DNA from: a virus | Virus record (IMG/VR): IMGVR_UViG_3300034062_004313 | Span: 1-64,000 of that record | Strand: one strand, 5' to 3' | Length of the DNA: 64,000 nt | Shown here: positions 38,755 to 50,862 of the stretch, piece by piece | Layout of the letters: the number at the start of each line of letters is the position of its first letter | How positions within the stretch are numbered: the stretch's first letter is position 1 | Made by a program: the position numbers and the translations under genes | Notes under the pieces: model-generated | Seen by the model: only the letters and a program-made list of their open reading frames with translations | Database searches by the model: none | Told to the model about the DNA's origin: nothing

Positions 38755-39774
38755 TTATACTCTTCCATTTAATTTAATTTTTAATAAGTAATCCAATGCT
38801 TCTAATCCATATCCTTCAACAAAATCAGCAGGGTCTTCTATATCTTCATTCTTATAATGATGATTATCAATATTAAACCAATCCCAACCTGTACTTTTTG
38901 TTATTTCAATAGAAGTAGCTTTACCTTGTGGGTCTGTACCAAACCCCATTATGTTATGTTCTGTAATAGCATTAATTCTCTCAACATTATTACTAAGTTC
39001 TGGAATTAACATTATTTTTGCATTCTCACTTTGAGTTGATATACTGTGATAATTCAAATAACGAGCTACTAATTCATCCTTTTGACTCTTCCAAGTAAAC
39101 ATGTAAGAGAGTTTTTCAGGTATGTTCTTATATCTATAATAGTTCCATAAATAAGAATTCTCCATACCACTTCTCCATTTATCTCCCTTGCCTACATTTG
39201 GACCAATTCTCATTATCTTTGCTCTTTGTATATCTTCTGCCCAATAACCAAATGTTAATTCTCCTTCAGTTTTGGGTTGAACCTTCTTATTTATAGCCCA
39301 TTTATCTACTCTGAATAGATTATTTTCTCTAAGGAAAGTTTCAGGTAAATAATATTTATCCCAATAAGCTGCATGTGCTTTATCGAATGGTATATCATCG
39401 AATTCAATATATGGAATATCTTTTTCAATTGGTGTAGATTTAATATTTTGAATAATAGGTTTATATTCTTTAATTTTCGTTGCTAATCCTAAATCTTGAA
39501 TGATTTTACTCATTGCTTCAGAAAATGTTAATCCATATCTTTTTTGTACAAATGCTATTGCATTACCAGTCCAGTTATCCCCTCCGTAGTCAATTCCAAT
39601 CCAACTCCCATTTACACTCTGTTTAACTCTAAAGCTTGGAGCATTTTTTTCAGTTCTGAATGGGGAAAAAATATTCTTTCTTTGAATTTGTCCTAATTCA
39701 TATTCAAAAATATTTCTTCCACCATCAGTCATTTCTAATATCTTCTTCGGAGTAAAGTTTGTTGTTCTGCTCAT
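38755..39774 (-). CDS. DNA primase-like protein (crAss-type, degenerate Toprim)
   Basis: SPFRxE..PSF, DYG...GNAIAFV...Y.L.F.EA, KSxKD, QSE, TDxxG, EDPAD. Confidence 0.7.
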   Translation of the reverse strand: MSRTTNFTPKKILEMTDGGRNIFEYELGQIQRKNIFSPFRTEKNAPSFRVKQSVNGSWIGIDYGGDNWTGNAIAFVQKRYGLTFSEAMSKIIQDLGLATKIKEYKPIIQNIKSTPIEKDIPYIEFDDIPFDKAHAAYWDKYYLPETFLRENNLFRVDKWAINKKVQPKTEGELTFGYWAEDIQRAKIMRIGPNVGKGDKWRSGMENSYLWNYYRYKNIPEKLSYMFTWKSQKDELVARYLNYHSISTQSENAKIMLIPELSNNVERINAITEHNIMGFGTDPQGKATSIEITKSTGWDWFNIDNHHYKNEDIEDPADFVEGYGLEALDYLLKIKLNGRV

Positions 39775-40047
39775 ATCTTTCGTATTCTAATGATTGTAAT
39801 GCTACTTCTTCTGCTAATGCACTACATCTTTCATAATCTTCTAATAAATGTTCTACTCCTTCAAAGCTAATATCGCTTAATAATTGATTATCAAACCATA
39901 TTTGCATAGTATCTTCTTTTGTAGAGTAAGTAATATGTTCGAGAAACTTTTCTTCTTTTGTCATTTCTTTAAATTATTTAAATGTTCTTTATCCTGTAGA
40001 GTGCCCGCAAAGTTTGTTGTTAACTAAATGTAATTTTTCTAATTTAT

Positions 40048-40602
40048 TCATAGTTTAACATATTTATCATACTTACCTGAATAAGAATTAATATATAGTC
40101 TCCATTTACCTACAAACATTTTCTTAAATAGTTTAGTACCGAGTTTTACAATTTCTTCTTCTGTCCAAAAACCATTTGTTTTATCACCTATTTTACATCT
40201 TAACCATCTATCTCTATCATAATGTTTATCATGTTCTAAGTCTCTTTCATCAACAGGTCGAACTAATTCTAAATTTAGAAAATCTCCATATTTAGGTTCA
40301 GTACCAGATGTAAAAGCTCCACTTACTGAAACTTTTCCAATTTGTTCTGGAGTTTCACAAAAAGATAAACTATAAGATTTTATTCTTCCATAGTAATGAA
40401 TTGCTCCTATTGAACCTAACCAAGAAGTTATATATAATTCTACATTTCTATATCCATCTTTATCATATGAAGGATAACATATAACATCTTTTTCATACTT
40501 ATTTTTTAAAACTATATCCTTTCCAAAATCATATGGTATAGGAAATTCCCAATGATTATTATAGTCTCTAAAGTGGTCTTCTATTTTAAATTTCTTTGGC
40601 AT
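40048..40602 (-). CDS. Hypothetical protein
   Basis: 184 aa ORF with GAIHYYG motif. Confidence 0.65.
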   Translation of the reverse strand: MPKKFKIEDHFRDYNNHWEFPIPYDFGKDIVLKNKYEKDVICYPSYDKDGYRNVELYITSWLGSIGAIHYYGRIKSYSLSFCETPEQIGKVSVSGAFTSGTEPKYGDFLNLELVRPVDERDLEHDKHYDRDRWLRCKIGDKTNGFWTEEEIVKLGTKLFKKMFVGKWRLYINSYSGKYDKYVKL

Positions 40603-40604
40603 AT

Positions 40605-41075
40605 TTATTTTTTAATTGAATATATCACTTCTTCATCTTTTGATGTTCCTTTATGGTCTAATAATATTTTATTATCATCCCATCTTCCTAAATCTTGATA
40701 TTTTGTTACATTTTCAGGAATTGTAATATATAAAACTTCAGCTTCATCATCCATATAATCTATACAAGTTTCAACAAAATTAGAGTGACATGGACGAGCA
40801 AATAAAAATAAAGCTTTCTTTCCTAATCCTTTAATTAACTTTTCAGAATTTTCTACTGTCTCAGGCCACCATTGAATACCTTTACTTATAAATTTAAATG
40901 TATTAACATGAAATAAAGGATATGGTTCTATACACATTATTTTAGCTCCTATAGCATTCATTTCTAATGCAAATTCACCTGTACCAGCACCAACATCCAC
41001 TATAAATCTATCTCCTGCATAATCCTTAATCCATTGTTTTAATTCCATATTAGGAATAAAAAATCTAATTCCCAT
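40605..41075 (-). CDS. Class I SAM-dependent methyltransferase-like protein
   Basis: IVDVGAGTG motif I, acidic residue after strand 2 (CIEP). Confidence 0.7.
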   Translation of the reverse strand: MGIRFFIPNMELKQWIKDYAGDRFIVDVGAGTGEFALEMNAIGAKIMCIEPYPLFHVNTFKFISKGIQWWPETVENSEKLIKGLGKKALFLFARPCHSNFVETCIDYMDDEAEVLYITIPENVTKYQDLGRWDDNKILLDHKGTSKDEEVIYSIKK

Positions 41076-42011
41076 TATAACTATTTATAAAATTATCAAA
41101 ATCAATATTATTTATAGAACACCAAAACATAATTGTGTCTTTTTGCTCTTTATTAGGTTTTTTAGCTTCTCCATAAACTTTACTATTCTTACCAGTCCAT
41201 GTTAGTATTCTAATCCAATTAAGTTTTTCTAATGCTACATATGGATAAGCACTTAATATACTTCCACATATCTTTTCTATTTCATCATTAGCTTTAAAAA
41301 AGTCTCCTTTATTCTTCCATGTAAAATATTCAGAAGCCCATACGTTATGATTCATATAACTACATTCATATAAATCACCATCTGGATTTATCCAAGCATT
41401 ATCTACTCCTTTATATTCTTTAGTCTTCAGTGGTTTCATATGTTATTAAATCTGGATTAAACATTTCAAATACTAATTTACCATTTTTATATCCTTGATA
41501 TGCTATTTTTTGTTTATAACCTTTAATACATCCAATATCAAATTCTTGTTCACTATCTACCCAATTAGATTGTATTTCATCTACATGATTAATGCAAGGA
41601 GAATTAGGTACTACTAAAAAATATACATCTTGATTTGTTTGTATGCTTTTAATTTTCATTATTAGTATTTTCAAGTTCTGTAATTACATTCTCTAAATCT
41701 TCAACTTCAACTTCTAATTCACTAATTCTACTCTTTAACTTTTCATTTTCATCTTCTAAATCTGTATATTGGTCTTTAAAATTATTAAAGAACTCTATTG
41801 CACTATCAAATGCTCTTTCTGTACTTCTATCCATGATATGTTTATAATAATGATTTGAATCTATTTCCTTTTTCAATTAAATATTTAAGTGCTTCAATAT
41901 GTTCACTTTGAATTTTTATAGTTTCTTGAAGCTCTTTAATTAATAAATTCTTTACTTCTATTAATTGACTATTAATATCTAAAAGCTCTAATATTTGAGA
42001 TTGTTCTTTTG

Positions 42012-42818
42012 TTAATATTCCCATTTTTCTGGATTTAATTCTTTTACATTTTTAAAATCAGATTCTTCAAACTTTTTCAATCTTCCTAAATAATAATGTC
42101 CTTTAAGTCCACTATATTCATTCTCAAGATTCTTTTTATACTTAGTCCATGTAGGAAGAGTATATTTAGAGAATGTTCCTGTATTAATCTCTGCAAGCAT
42201 TTTAACAGGAAGGAATTCTTTCCACACCTTCTGATGCAATTCTTCATCTGCATATAATAAACATACTAAATGATACTCTCCTGTATCTGGAATATCCTTC
42301 TTTAATCTACCTATATCTCCTTGTAATAGTTTGTCCCAATTAAGAAATATATTAGCTTGAGGGTCTTTCATGTTCCTATTCAGGAGCATTTTTCTTAAAT
42401 GTAGCACTTCTTCTTCTCCCTTACGTGCTATATGATATTCTTTATCTCCTATTATTTCTTTATTGGTTGGTTTTCCATCAACCCATACAACATTTTCGAA
42501 TTGTTTAAAGCTATCCCATAAATCGTCTTCTGTATTAGCAGGTTGTGTATCTCCTACACAATTGATATACTTTTTTATACCAGATTTATATTCAATATTC
42601 TCATCAGAAATGTATATAGTATACTTATAAATTTCATCTGATAAATCTTGAAGATATATATCTATCCTAGCATGGTTTACACCATTTCTTTCCCAAGTGT
42701 AAGGTTTAAAATCTTCTGGATATTCTCCTGTAAGTTGTTCTATTTCTTCTTCGTCAATATTTATTCCAACAATCTTCATTTTTTGGAATCCTGTTTTCAA
42801 ATGACTATAATCGTTCAT
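42012..42818 (-). CDS. Conserved replication-module protein (possible ssDNA-binding fold)
   Basis: KIVGIN..EE...RIDIYL...KYINCVG...GEE pattern recalled from crAss-like phages. Confidence 0.45.
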   Translation of the reverse strand: MNDYSHLKTGFQKMKIVGINIDEEEIEQLTGEYPEDFKPYTWERNGVNHARIDIYLQDLSDEIYKYTIYISDENIEYKSGIKKYINCVGDTQPANTEDDLWDSFKQFENVVWVDGKPTNKEIIGDKEYHIARKGEEEVLHLRKMLLNRNMKDPQANIFLNWDKLLQGDIGRLKKDIPDTGEYHLVCLLYADEELHQKVWKEFLPVKMLAEINTGTFSKYTLPTWTKYKKNLENEYSGLKGHYYLGRLKKFEESDFKNVKELNPEKWEY

Positions 42819-45360
42819 CTTTACGTTTTTTCATTTGTTCATTTAATAATTCTCTTAGTAAATTAGTGTTGATTTCTTCTAAATAAAAACTCGGAAAACT
42901 TTCTGGAATTCCATATTCATCAAAACAATACGCTCTACCATTTTCATCTAAGAAACAAAGTTCATCTTTAATTTCTCCTTTAACAATCTTAATTCTTAAT
43001 TCTAACAAAGAAGTGGAACAATACTCACCATATAATTCCCTATCAGGAAATGTATATATCTTTTGAGTTTTAACTTTATAATCACTCATATTTCTTTTTT
43101 AAGTTTTCTAACAAGGTTCTTTCTCGTTTCTCTTGAGCTTCTTTTCTATTTTTAGCTGCTAATTTAGCACTTTCACTCCTTTTCTTATCTAAATCCAATC
43201 TTTTTTGAAGCTCTTCATCTGTTTCCCATCTGTAAACAGTAATTTCTAAATCTTTATCACCATCATAACCATATTTAATACCCATTTCTATTTTTGCATA
43301 TTCTTCGAATGGTGTACAATATACTGATTTTTGTATTATATCACATGCTTCTTTAAGTCTATCTTTTATTCCTAATATATTTTTAGCTACTTCTTCAATA
43401 TCTCCATAGAGTAAATTAAAATCTAAATAGATATATGGAACATCTCTTATTTGTACTAATTGTTTATTTATATTTTTGTCCATACCAAATTAAGAATTGA
43501 TTAATTGCATGTACTAACTTTTCTTTATTATTATCTGTATCTTCAAAAGCTTCCCACATAGCTAAGTGTACATCATTAGTTTCAGTTCCTAATATAAAAT
43601 TTTCAATAGATTTAATTTGAATAAACCTATTTATTTTTAAATAAACTTCCATAATCCAATTCCAGTCTGAATGAAATTTTAAATCTTCTAATAATATCAT
43701 ATATCTTAAAATTACTTCTCCACTTTCAAAATGATTTATTTTACTAGTTAATTCTTTAGAAAAAGGAGTTTTAAATAAAGATGTGTCTATTTTATACATT
43801 AAATTTGAACTTTCAGGATATGCTCTAATATATTTCATATCCTTTAAAAATTCAGCACATCTTTTATTAAATTCTATTATTTCTTCTTTATTCATTTACT
43901 TAATCTTTAAATGAAAATTTCCATTATATAATATTTTTGCTTGTTTTGGTAATGGTTTATAACTATCTGATGTATATAATGTAGGATATTCAGAATTCAT
44001 TAACCAAGTAGGTTCTACATCAATTCCAATTATATCTTTAACCCATTCTCTACAGGTTTCTATACTATCTGCTGCTGTAACTATAACAAAATGAGATTTA
44101 TAATCAGGAAAAGAACCTTCTCCTTTATATTCACTTACATATATTTTGTTCATACTTCTATTTCTGCTTTTTGCATTATTAAGAATAATTCATTCGATTT
44201 CTTAACTATATAATCTTCTATATCAGTAAGATTACTATAACAATATGTACCATCATCTTTAAAAAGCATCATATCAGCTTCAAGATTTTGTAATAAATTT
44301 GTATATGATTCTTTTAGTAACAATAAATTTTTAAGTTTCTCTGTCATATTTCTTTTTTAGGTAAATTATTAAATAATAAAGTTAGTATACTGGACATAAA
44401 CATACCAATACCTAACATATTAACTTCCAATGAATTTTTAATAAAAATCATTAGTATTGCAGAAAGAATTAATATAGAAATATTTACTACATTAGTTATA
44501 TCTTTACTTGTCATAATTTACTTCTATTTTTGAATTAATTATTTTTCTTAATACTATACATCTTTGTTCTTGTCTTTCAACAGCAAGTTGCCACATTATT
44601 ATTTCCTTCTTTAATTCTAATATCTTGCTTTCATATCCTGCATTAGAAGTTCTTTGCATACTTAAAGAATCTTCATATGCTTCTTTACTTATCATTCTTT
44701 CAGCTTGCCATTTAGCACCTTCAATAAATGAAGAGCTAAAACCATAGAAATTACCAACTTTTGAAGTAAATTCCTTATTTAGTTCTTTATTAGCATAATT
44801 TCCAGCAGCTTCTTCAAGTTCTTTGTTTATCATAATTTATTTTATAATTTTACATCCATCTTTATTAGTTATACCAAAACCATTCCATAATTGATAATAG
44901 AATAAACCATTCTCTTCTTTTATGAATGGGAATATATCACTACTATATTTAGATTTATCTAATTTCATCATATTAGTATACCAAAATATTTGTATCATAA
45001 TTTATTTTTAAAATAATTATATACTTCTGGTATATGTTTTTTATAATAAGATTGATTTTCCATACACCATTTTTTAACTTCTTCTGATGTTTTAAATGGT
45101 TTAATATGTGATTTTCCTGATTGAATCATATTAAATAACCATTCAAGTTCATCTATAAAATCTTTAACGAGCCATCCTTCCCAAATGTGTTTATTTAGAT
45201 TCATTTATTTTTACTTCTCCAAAGTTTTATTGCTTCTTTTATAGTATAAAAAAAGAATTTTTCTGAATTTATATTTATGCATCCATTTCTATATTTATAA
45301 GCATAAATATCTTTTCTTATTTTAGTTTTACTAATTGGTTCTTCAAATAAAATCATAATT

Positions 45361-45389
45361 AAAAAACCCCCTGTATTTCTACAGAGGGC
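45361..45389 (-). terminator. Intrinsic terminator
   Basis: CCC-CTGTA/TACAG-AGGG stem followed by T6 on the minus strand. Confidence 0.65.
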
Positions 45390-45405
45390 TTTATTTTGAG
45401 GTTAA

Positions 45406-46221
45406 TTAATCTTCATCCTTTACACTATCCCAATCAACAGGATAGTCATCGGGAGCATCTTCATCTTCTTCCTTCTTCACTTCAACTGGTTTTGTTATAT
45501 ACCATTCAAAGTATTCTTGGAAAGCTTTATCCAATGCTACAATTTTCTCATTATCTTCTGCTGAAATAGGTTCTCCAAGCTTATAAACTGGTACACTAAA
45601 TTTCATTGCATCATTACTTCTTATAGTAGACTTATTGATTTCAATCCAATTGTCATAGAGTTTATCACTATATACTTGTGTGAAACCAAACCATCCGGCA
45701 ATACGGTCTTCAAAATCCTTGCTCTTCAAATCTACACCACCTGAAAGTTGACTTCCCTTCAATTGAAGGTTCCAAATTTCAAATTCTCCTTCATTATCCA
45801 CTACAATATAAACAGATTGATGCCTTTTAACAGAGAGAGATTTAAGTTTATCCTTCACCTTTGAAGAATCTCCAGCTTTAAATTCATATAGTTTACCATC
45901 CTTATTACGTATAGTAACTACCATATTCTTATCACCTTCTGAAAAACGCCTGTTCCTAACTTCATTACTCCATGCACCCTGTTTAGTAGTTTCATTATAC
46001 CCTTTAAAATTAAAGGTGTCAGGTTCAATCACTGCAAACCTAAATGGTAGCTTTACAGGAACGTTTTCTTCTGTCACTTTATCATAAAAAGTGAAATTAC
46101 CACCAACTAATTTCTTAATTTCATCACCATCACTGTCTGTTGTAATCTTGTAAACGCTTTTCCATTGCAAATACTTTTTACATGGACTTTCTTTAATGTT
46201 ACTGCTTGTTGTTTTACTCAT
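45406..46221 (-). CDS. Putative single-stranded DNA-binding protein
   Basis: Beta-rich body with a strongly acidic C-terminal tail (EEDEDAPDDYPVDWD). Confidence 0.5.
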   Translation of the reverse strand: MSKTTSSNIKESPCKKYLQWKSVYKITTDSDGDEIKKLVGGNFTFYDKVTEENVPVKLPFRFAVIEPDTFNFKGYNETTKQGAWSNEVRNRRFSEGDKNMVVTIRNKDGKLYEFKAGDSSKVKDKLKSLSVKRHQSVYIVVDNEGEFEIWNLQLKGSQLSGGVDLKSKDFEDRIAGWFGFTQVYSDKLYDNWIEINKSTIRSNDAMKFSVPVYKLGEPISAEDNEKIVALDKAFQEYFEWYITKPVEVKKEEDEDAPDDYPVDWDSVKDED

Positions 46222-46400
46222 TCTATTTTTGTTTAATTGTTAATACTTACTTAAATCTATTTCTTTAACTGTTTTATCTAAAGTTAATTTAGCTTCTTTA
46301 ATTTCAAATTGTTCTATTATTTTATCTTTAATATCATCATATATTTCTAAAACTTCTCGTAAGCTATAAGAACTATCAGGAACTAAAACTATTTCTATTT

Positions 46401-46937
46401 TCATTTTACTTGATATTTAACTCCACGACAAATAAAATAGTTAATCGTCCTTGGGTCTACTAAACGATTTCTTGTATCATAATCTTTAGATGGGTCTTTT
46501 GCAATTTGCATATCTACAAAATGTAACCTACTATTAACATCAAGGCTACCAAAATGACGACCAACCATTAATCTTTCTTCTCCTTCTAATGCTCTTTTAA
46601 CAGTGGCTTTGAATGCTTTTTCAACATCTTTAGGAGCAGTGTTATTATGAGTATTCATAATTTCCAAAAGTACATCTTTAGCATCTACCTTTTTGTTAAA
46701 ATTAACTGTAATTGCCACTGCTGTACATGTCATAAATTTCTCAATAACTTCTGTTCTTGAAAGAGTTTCTGTTTTTTCAAATTCAGATGCAGAAGAAAGA
46801 AAACTTTCTGCATATCCTTTATTCACTTCAATTTCTTCACCATCATCATTTTTCAAAATAACTTGATTTCCATTAACTGTTTTTACGGTGTAAAATTGCG
46901 TTTCTGACGCTACATCACCAATTTTAATTGTTTTCAT
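46401..46937 (-). CDS. Conserved hypothetical protein next to the VWA gene
   Basis: TVNFNKK, GEERLMVG, RLVDPRTI motifs. Confidence 0.65.
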   Translation of the reverse strand: MKTIKIGDVASETQFYTVKTVNGNQVILKNDDGEEIEVNKGYAESFLSSASEFEKTETLSRTEVIEKFMTCTAVAITVNFNKKVDAKDVLLEIMNTHNNTAPKDVEKAFKATVKRALEGEERLMVGRHFGSLDVNSRLHFVDMQIAKDPSKDYDTRNRLVDPRTINYFICRGVKYQVK

Positions 46938-46943
46938 ATTTAC

Positions 46944-47783
46944 TTATTTGTTTAAAACTTTTTTATAAAATCCTGTACTTACATCTTTCTTTTCAATTAC
47001 ATTCTTAGTATATGTATTTAATGCTTCTGTACGAACTGTCATAGACATTTTCAATCCAGCACCTGTTCCATCATAACTTTGTGTATTACTTCTATCAATT
47101 TTCAGATTTTGAATAGATTCTTCAACATCTTGTGTTGTACCTACAAAAGTAATTGTAAAATTCTTACTATTAAGTTCTTCTATCAATTTTGACACATCAT
47201 TAGCAGAATATACTATTGAGTGATTATTCTTACCATCAGTAATAATACTAACTATAATCTTTTCATTTTCAGGAATATCTTTTAAATCATTTAATGTCAT
47301 TCCTACAGCATCATATAATGCTGTCATGTTATCTGTTACAATTTTCTTAAATTTTGGAGTTTTAGATAGGCGATATGTATAATTATCTACTACTGTATGA
47401 AATGTTCTTAACGTGTAAGTATAATTTACATCCTTAGTATTTAATACTTTTTCAATATCACTTTTAACCATTTCATTTGCAGCAAATATTTTACTATCAC
47501 TATCACCCTTTGTAAATCCATCATCCATACTTCCACTTCTATCTACAATATTAACAATATGAATTGTAGGAATATCTTTTACTTTAGTCTTTTTATTAGA
47601 TTTTTGTAAATAATCATCTACTTTTTGTAAATAATTATCTACTTTTTGTTTTGCATCTTCAAAAGGATATTCATTTTTTGTTTTAAAGTAATTCTTTAAA
47701 AATTCTACTGTTAATCCTTCTCTTTGAGCTAGTACTTCTTTTCTTTGTTTGTTTGCTTTTGTAAATTGATTTTTGTTTACCAT
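46944..47783 (-). CDS. von Willebrand factor A domain protein
   Basis: MIDAS IVDRSGSM, TALYDAVG, IITDG. Confidence 0.88.
   Translation of the reverse strand: MVNKNQFTKANKQRKEVLAQREGLTVEFLKNYFKTKNEYPFEDAKQKVDNYLQKVDDYLQKSNKKTKVKDIPTIHIVNIVDRSGSMDDGFTKGDSDSKIFAANEMVKSDIEKVLNTKDVNYTYTLRTFHTVVDNYTYRLSKTPKFKKIVTDNMTALYDAVGMTLNDLKDIPENEKIIVSIITDGKNNHSIVYSANDVSKLIEELNSKNFTITFVGTTQDVEESIQNLKIDRSNTQSYDGTGAGLKMSMTVRTEALNTYTKNVIEKKDVSTGFYKKVLNK
47601..47648. repeat. 21-bp in-frame tandem duplication (about 2.3 copies)
   Basis: TTTTTGTAAATAAT[C/T]ATCTAC twice, encoding QKVDNYL-QKVDDYL-QK. Confidence 0.85.
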
Positions 47784-48055
47784 ATAATCGTTTTAATAAT
47801 AATTTATTCTTTTCCCATTGTAACCAATAACTATTTAATTTATTTGGATTTTGCTTGTGTATCTTAATATTTATTTTATACCATCTAATTAAATTTAGTT
47901 TGGATGCCATAATCTAATCCATTTTCGTTCTGTAAAGTTACTGAAAATAGTGTAATAAAACAAAAATATTTCACCACTTTCTTCATTTTTTTCTATGCTT
48001 GGTCTTATAGCAATTTGAATAAATGCTATAATAGCTAAAGGTATTAAGAGATATG

Positions 48056-48697
48056 CTAACATTTGTATTCTTCTTTAATTATTTCTATAATTTCTTCTTT
48101 TTGAGCTTTAGTAAATAAAGGGTCTTTTAATTTTTTCCAAGTATTTAAAGGACTAAATCTGCTACCATTTGTATATATTACATAAGGTGTATTATTATAC
48201 CATTGTATTTCTTTAATAATTCCACTATTAGTTCTATCTTCCAATTTAAAAATTTCTCCGTCACTAAGACGTTTAACACTACCTATAGTCCAACGTTCTT
48301 TACAAAATCCTTCTAACCAAGCATTTATATTACTTTTATCATTTAAAATTTCATAATTCTCTTTGTATGATTCTGTTGGTTCAAGAGTTAATATTTTCCA
48401 TTCTTTCTCTTTATATTCTATCCATGTACCATCTTTAAAATTTGCATTTACTTGTTTAATAGGGTAAGTTGTAGAACCTCCTCCATCAAAGTTCCAAGAT
48501 ATAGTAACTAAATCATTAACTACCTTTTCTATACAATATTTACTATGATATTTTGTAGTAAACTTAGTACCTACAGGTACACATAATTCTTCTTTCTTCT
48601 TAGGTATATACCATTTATTTTGATACCATACTCCATTTGATATAGGATATATATTATCTGTTTCTTCAAATTCTATTCCATCTATTGTTATATTCAT
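48056..48697 (-). CDS. Modular hypothetical protein
   Basis: Contains IxSVKRLSDGEIF motif recalled from Flavobacteriia phages. Confidence 0.6.
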   Translation of the reverse strand: MNITIDGIEFEETDNIYPISNGVWYQNKWYIPKKKEELCVPVGTKFTTKYHSKYCIEKVVNDLVTISWNFDGGGSTTYPIKQVNANFKDGTWIEYKEKEWKILTLEPTESYKENYEILNDKSNINAWLEGFCKERWTIGSVKRLSDGEIFKLEDRTNSGIIKEIQWYNNTPYVIYTNGSRFSPLNTWKKLKDPLFTKAQKEEIIEIIKEEYKC

Positions 48698-48709
48698 AAT
48701 TCAAATTTT

Positions 48710-50050
48710 TCATTTTACTCTTTCTCTTTTAATTCTTAAAATTTCTTCCCTAATATGGTTCGTATTTGAATTCCAATTGGTATTCTTTAAACACCATATT
48801 AAATAATTATCTGGAGCATCTGTAACCTTTTGTCCTTCATACTTACCAAAATTGAAATATACATTCCATTCATCAGATTTCCAAGGACGAATATGTTTTA
48901 TATCAACATCGCTTAAAAGTCTATCTTGACTATATACATTCCAATCTCCTAAACTATTCTTTTTGAATCTAATATCTTCAAGTTTTCCGAACCTATTATA
49001 ATTACCAGCTAAATCTGTTATGATACATTTTTCTTTTAAAAGATGAATTCTTGTACCTCTTCCACCTCTTTGTGTAACATTAGATAAGGAAGCTGTAGGA
49101 TTAGCATCTATAATGTGACTTATTTCAGGATAATCAAATCCAATTGCAAATATTGAAACATTAAAAACAGTTCTTATAAGTCCTGCTTTATATTGTGTTA
49201 CAATACGTTGCCTTTCTTTATCAGGCATTCCACTATATACACATGCTGAATTAGGAACTCTTGCTGCTAATGCTTGTGCTTGAGCTATACTTTTAACAAA
49301 TACTAATATAGCATTGGAATCACTATCTATAATACGATTGATAATTCTTTGTTCTATATTATTATTCTTATAAAATCTTTCTATACTATCATCTGTATAT
49401 TCTGCTCCAGTACTATTAAAAACTAATCCACCTGTATCCCAATCGAATAGTTCATATTCCAACTTGCTCCAAAATCCCTGTTTAACAATATCTTCTACTT
49501 GCATAAGATAGATAATATCTTTAAACATAGGTCTTGTAGAACCACGTTTGGTTAACATCTCCACCTTTGTATATCTGTTTCCACTAAAATCTGTTCTTTG
49601 AGCAAGTTTATATGGAGTGGCTGTTAAACCAAGTATTTTTTTAATACCACTTTCCTTTATAAACTTTCTATATTGACCTACATCTCTTGATGCTGTATGT
49701 ACTTCATCGAACAAGCAGTTTTTATAACCCATTCTTTTAAATTCAGAAGCATATTTAACAGCAGTTTGTATAGTAGCATATGTAGACTTTCCAAACTCTT
49801 TTTGTTTGAAGGAAGCAGAAAATATAGAAGCTTCACCACCAAAACCAATCATCTTTTCATAGTTTTGACCAAGAAGCTCCTTTGAAGTTGTTAAAATTAT
49901 TGTATTCCCTTCTATTTGTTTTGGAATAAGCGCACAGAGCAAACTTTTTCCAAAGGCTGTCGGGCATACCATAAGACTTTCAAAGTTCTTTTTATCAAAC
50001 TCTGAAAGTCCTATATTAACTGCTTCTTCTTGATATGGTCTTAATATCAT
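48710..50050 (-). CDS. SF2 DExH helicase with C-terminal FGKYxG domain
   Basis: LRPYQ, PTAFGKS, DEVH, GLTATP, GFD, QRGGRGTR; FNFGKYEGQ...YLIW. Confidence 0.9.
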   Translation of the reverse strand: MILRPYQEEAVNIGLSEFDKKNFESLMVCPTAFGKSLLCALIPKQIEGNTIILTTSKELLGQNYEKMIGFGGEASIFSASFKQKEFGKSTYATIQTAVKYASEFKRMGYKNCLFDEVHTASRDVGQYRKFIKESGIKKILGLTATPYKLAQRTDFSGNRYTKVEMLTKRGSTRPMFKDIIYLMQVEDIVKQGFWSKLEYELFDWDTGGLVFNSTGAEYTDDSIERFYKNNNIEQRIINRIIDSDSNAILVFVKSIAQAQALAARVPNSACVYSGMPDKERQRIVTQYKAGLIRTVFNVSIFAIGFDYPEISHIIDANPTASLSNVTQRGGRGTRIHLLKEKCIITDLAGNYNRFGKLEDIRFKKNSLGDWNVYSQDRLLSDVDIKHIRPWKSDEWNVYFNFGKYEGQKVTDAPDNYLIWCLKNTNWNSNTNHIREEILRIKRERVK

Positions 50051-50862
50051 TCATCCATTTTTAATGGTTTAAACTTTTCTTTTTTAATCACAATTCCTTC
50101 TTTCAACAAAGCTATACATTCTCTCTTACAATATTCGTTAAAAACAAATGCTTTATAAAAATTTTCACGCATATACCTTTTGAATGTATATTCAGCACTA
50201 TCTCCTTCTTGTATTGGAATACGTAGTATTACTGGATGTATTTTAAATTCTTCTTTCAAATATTGTATACTTTTTGCATTTTTGTATATTTCATACATAT
50301 GTTTAGCAAATCTTTTATTAAAATGGTCTTTCACACTACAATAAAGAAGAAATATTTCTACTTCTCCTATTAGTTCTCTGCCGAATGCTGCAACTCTACG
50401 ACCATCTTCTAAATATCTCTTAAAATTTTTCATTCTTTTAAATATGCTGGTAAAATTAAATAATAACCATTTTCATAATGGTCTTTTGGTATAACATATT
50501 CTTTTAAATACATTTGTGCTTCACCTTCAGTATCAAAATTTGTTTCTTTAATACTAAATGTTTGAATTTCTTCTGTAGAAGATTCACCATTTCTAGCATA
50601 ATAATCAGTTGAAGGAACATGTACTTCTTTATAATCAAAGTAACATATTATATACTTCTTTTTCATGCTTCCAAATCTAATAGGTTACCAATTGTTTTTA
50701 ATGAACCTGCTAATTGTTTAGCTAAACTTATTAATGCTTCTCTTTCTAAAGATTCTAACCATATATCTTGAGTATGTTCTTGACAATCTTCAAAACAAGT
50801 TGGTGTTTTTTTATCTTCTCCATCAAACTTATCAAATATATAAATTCCGCTTAAATTTCTTC

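Noticed and set aside
39965-40051. Short GC-richer patch as a structured RNA
   Set aside because: No convincing stem; reads as a 20-codon ORF or gene remnant (MNKLEKLHLVNNKLCGHSTG)
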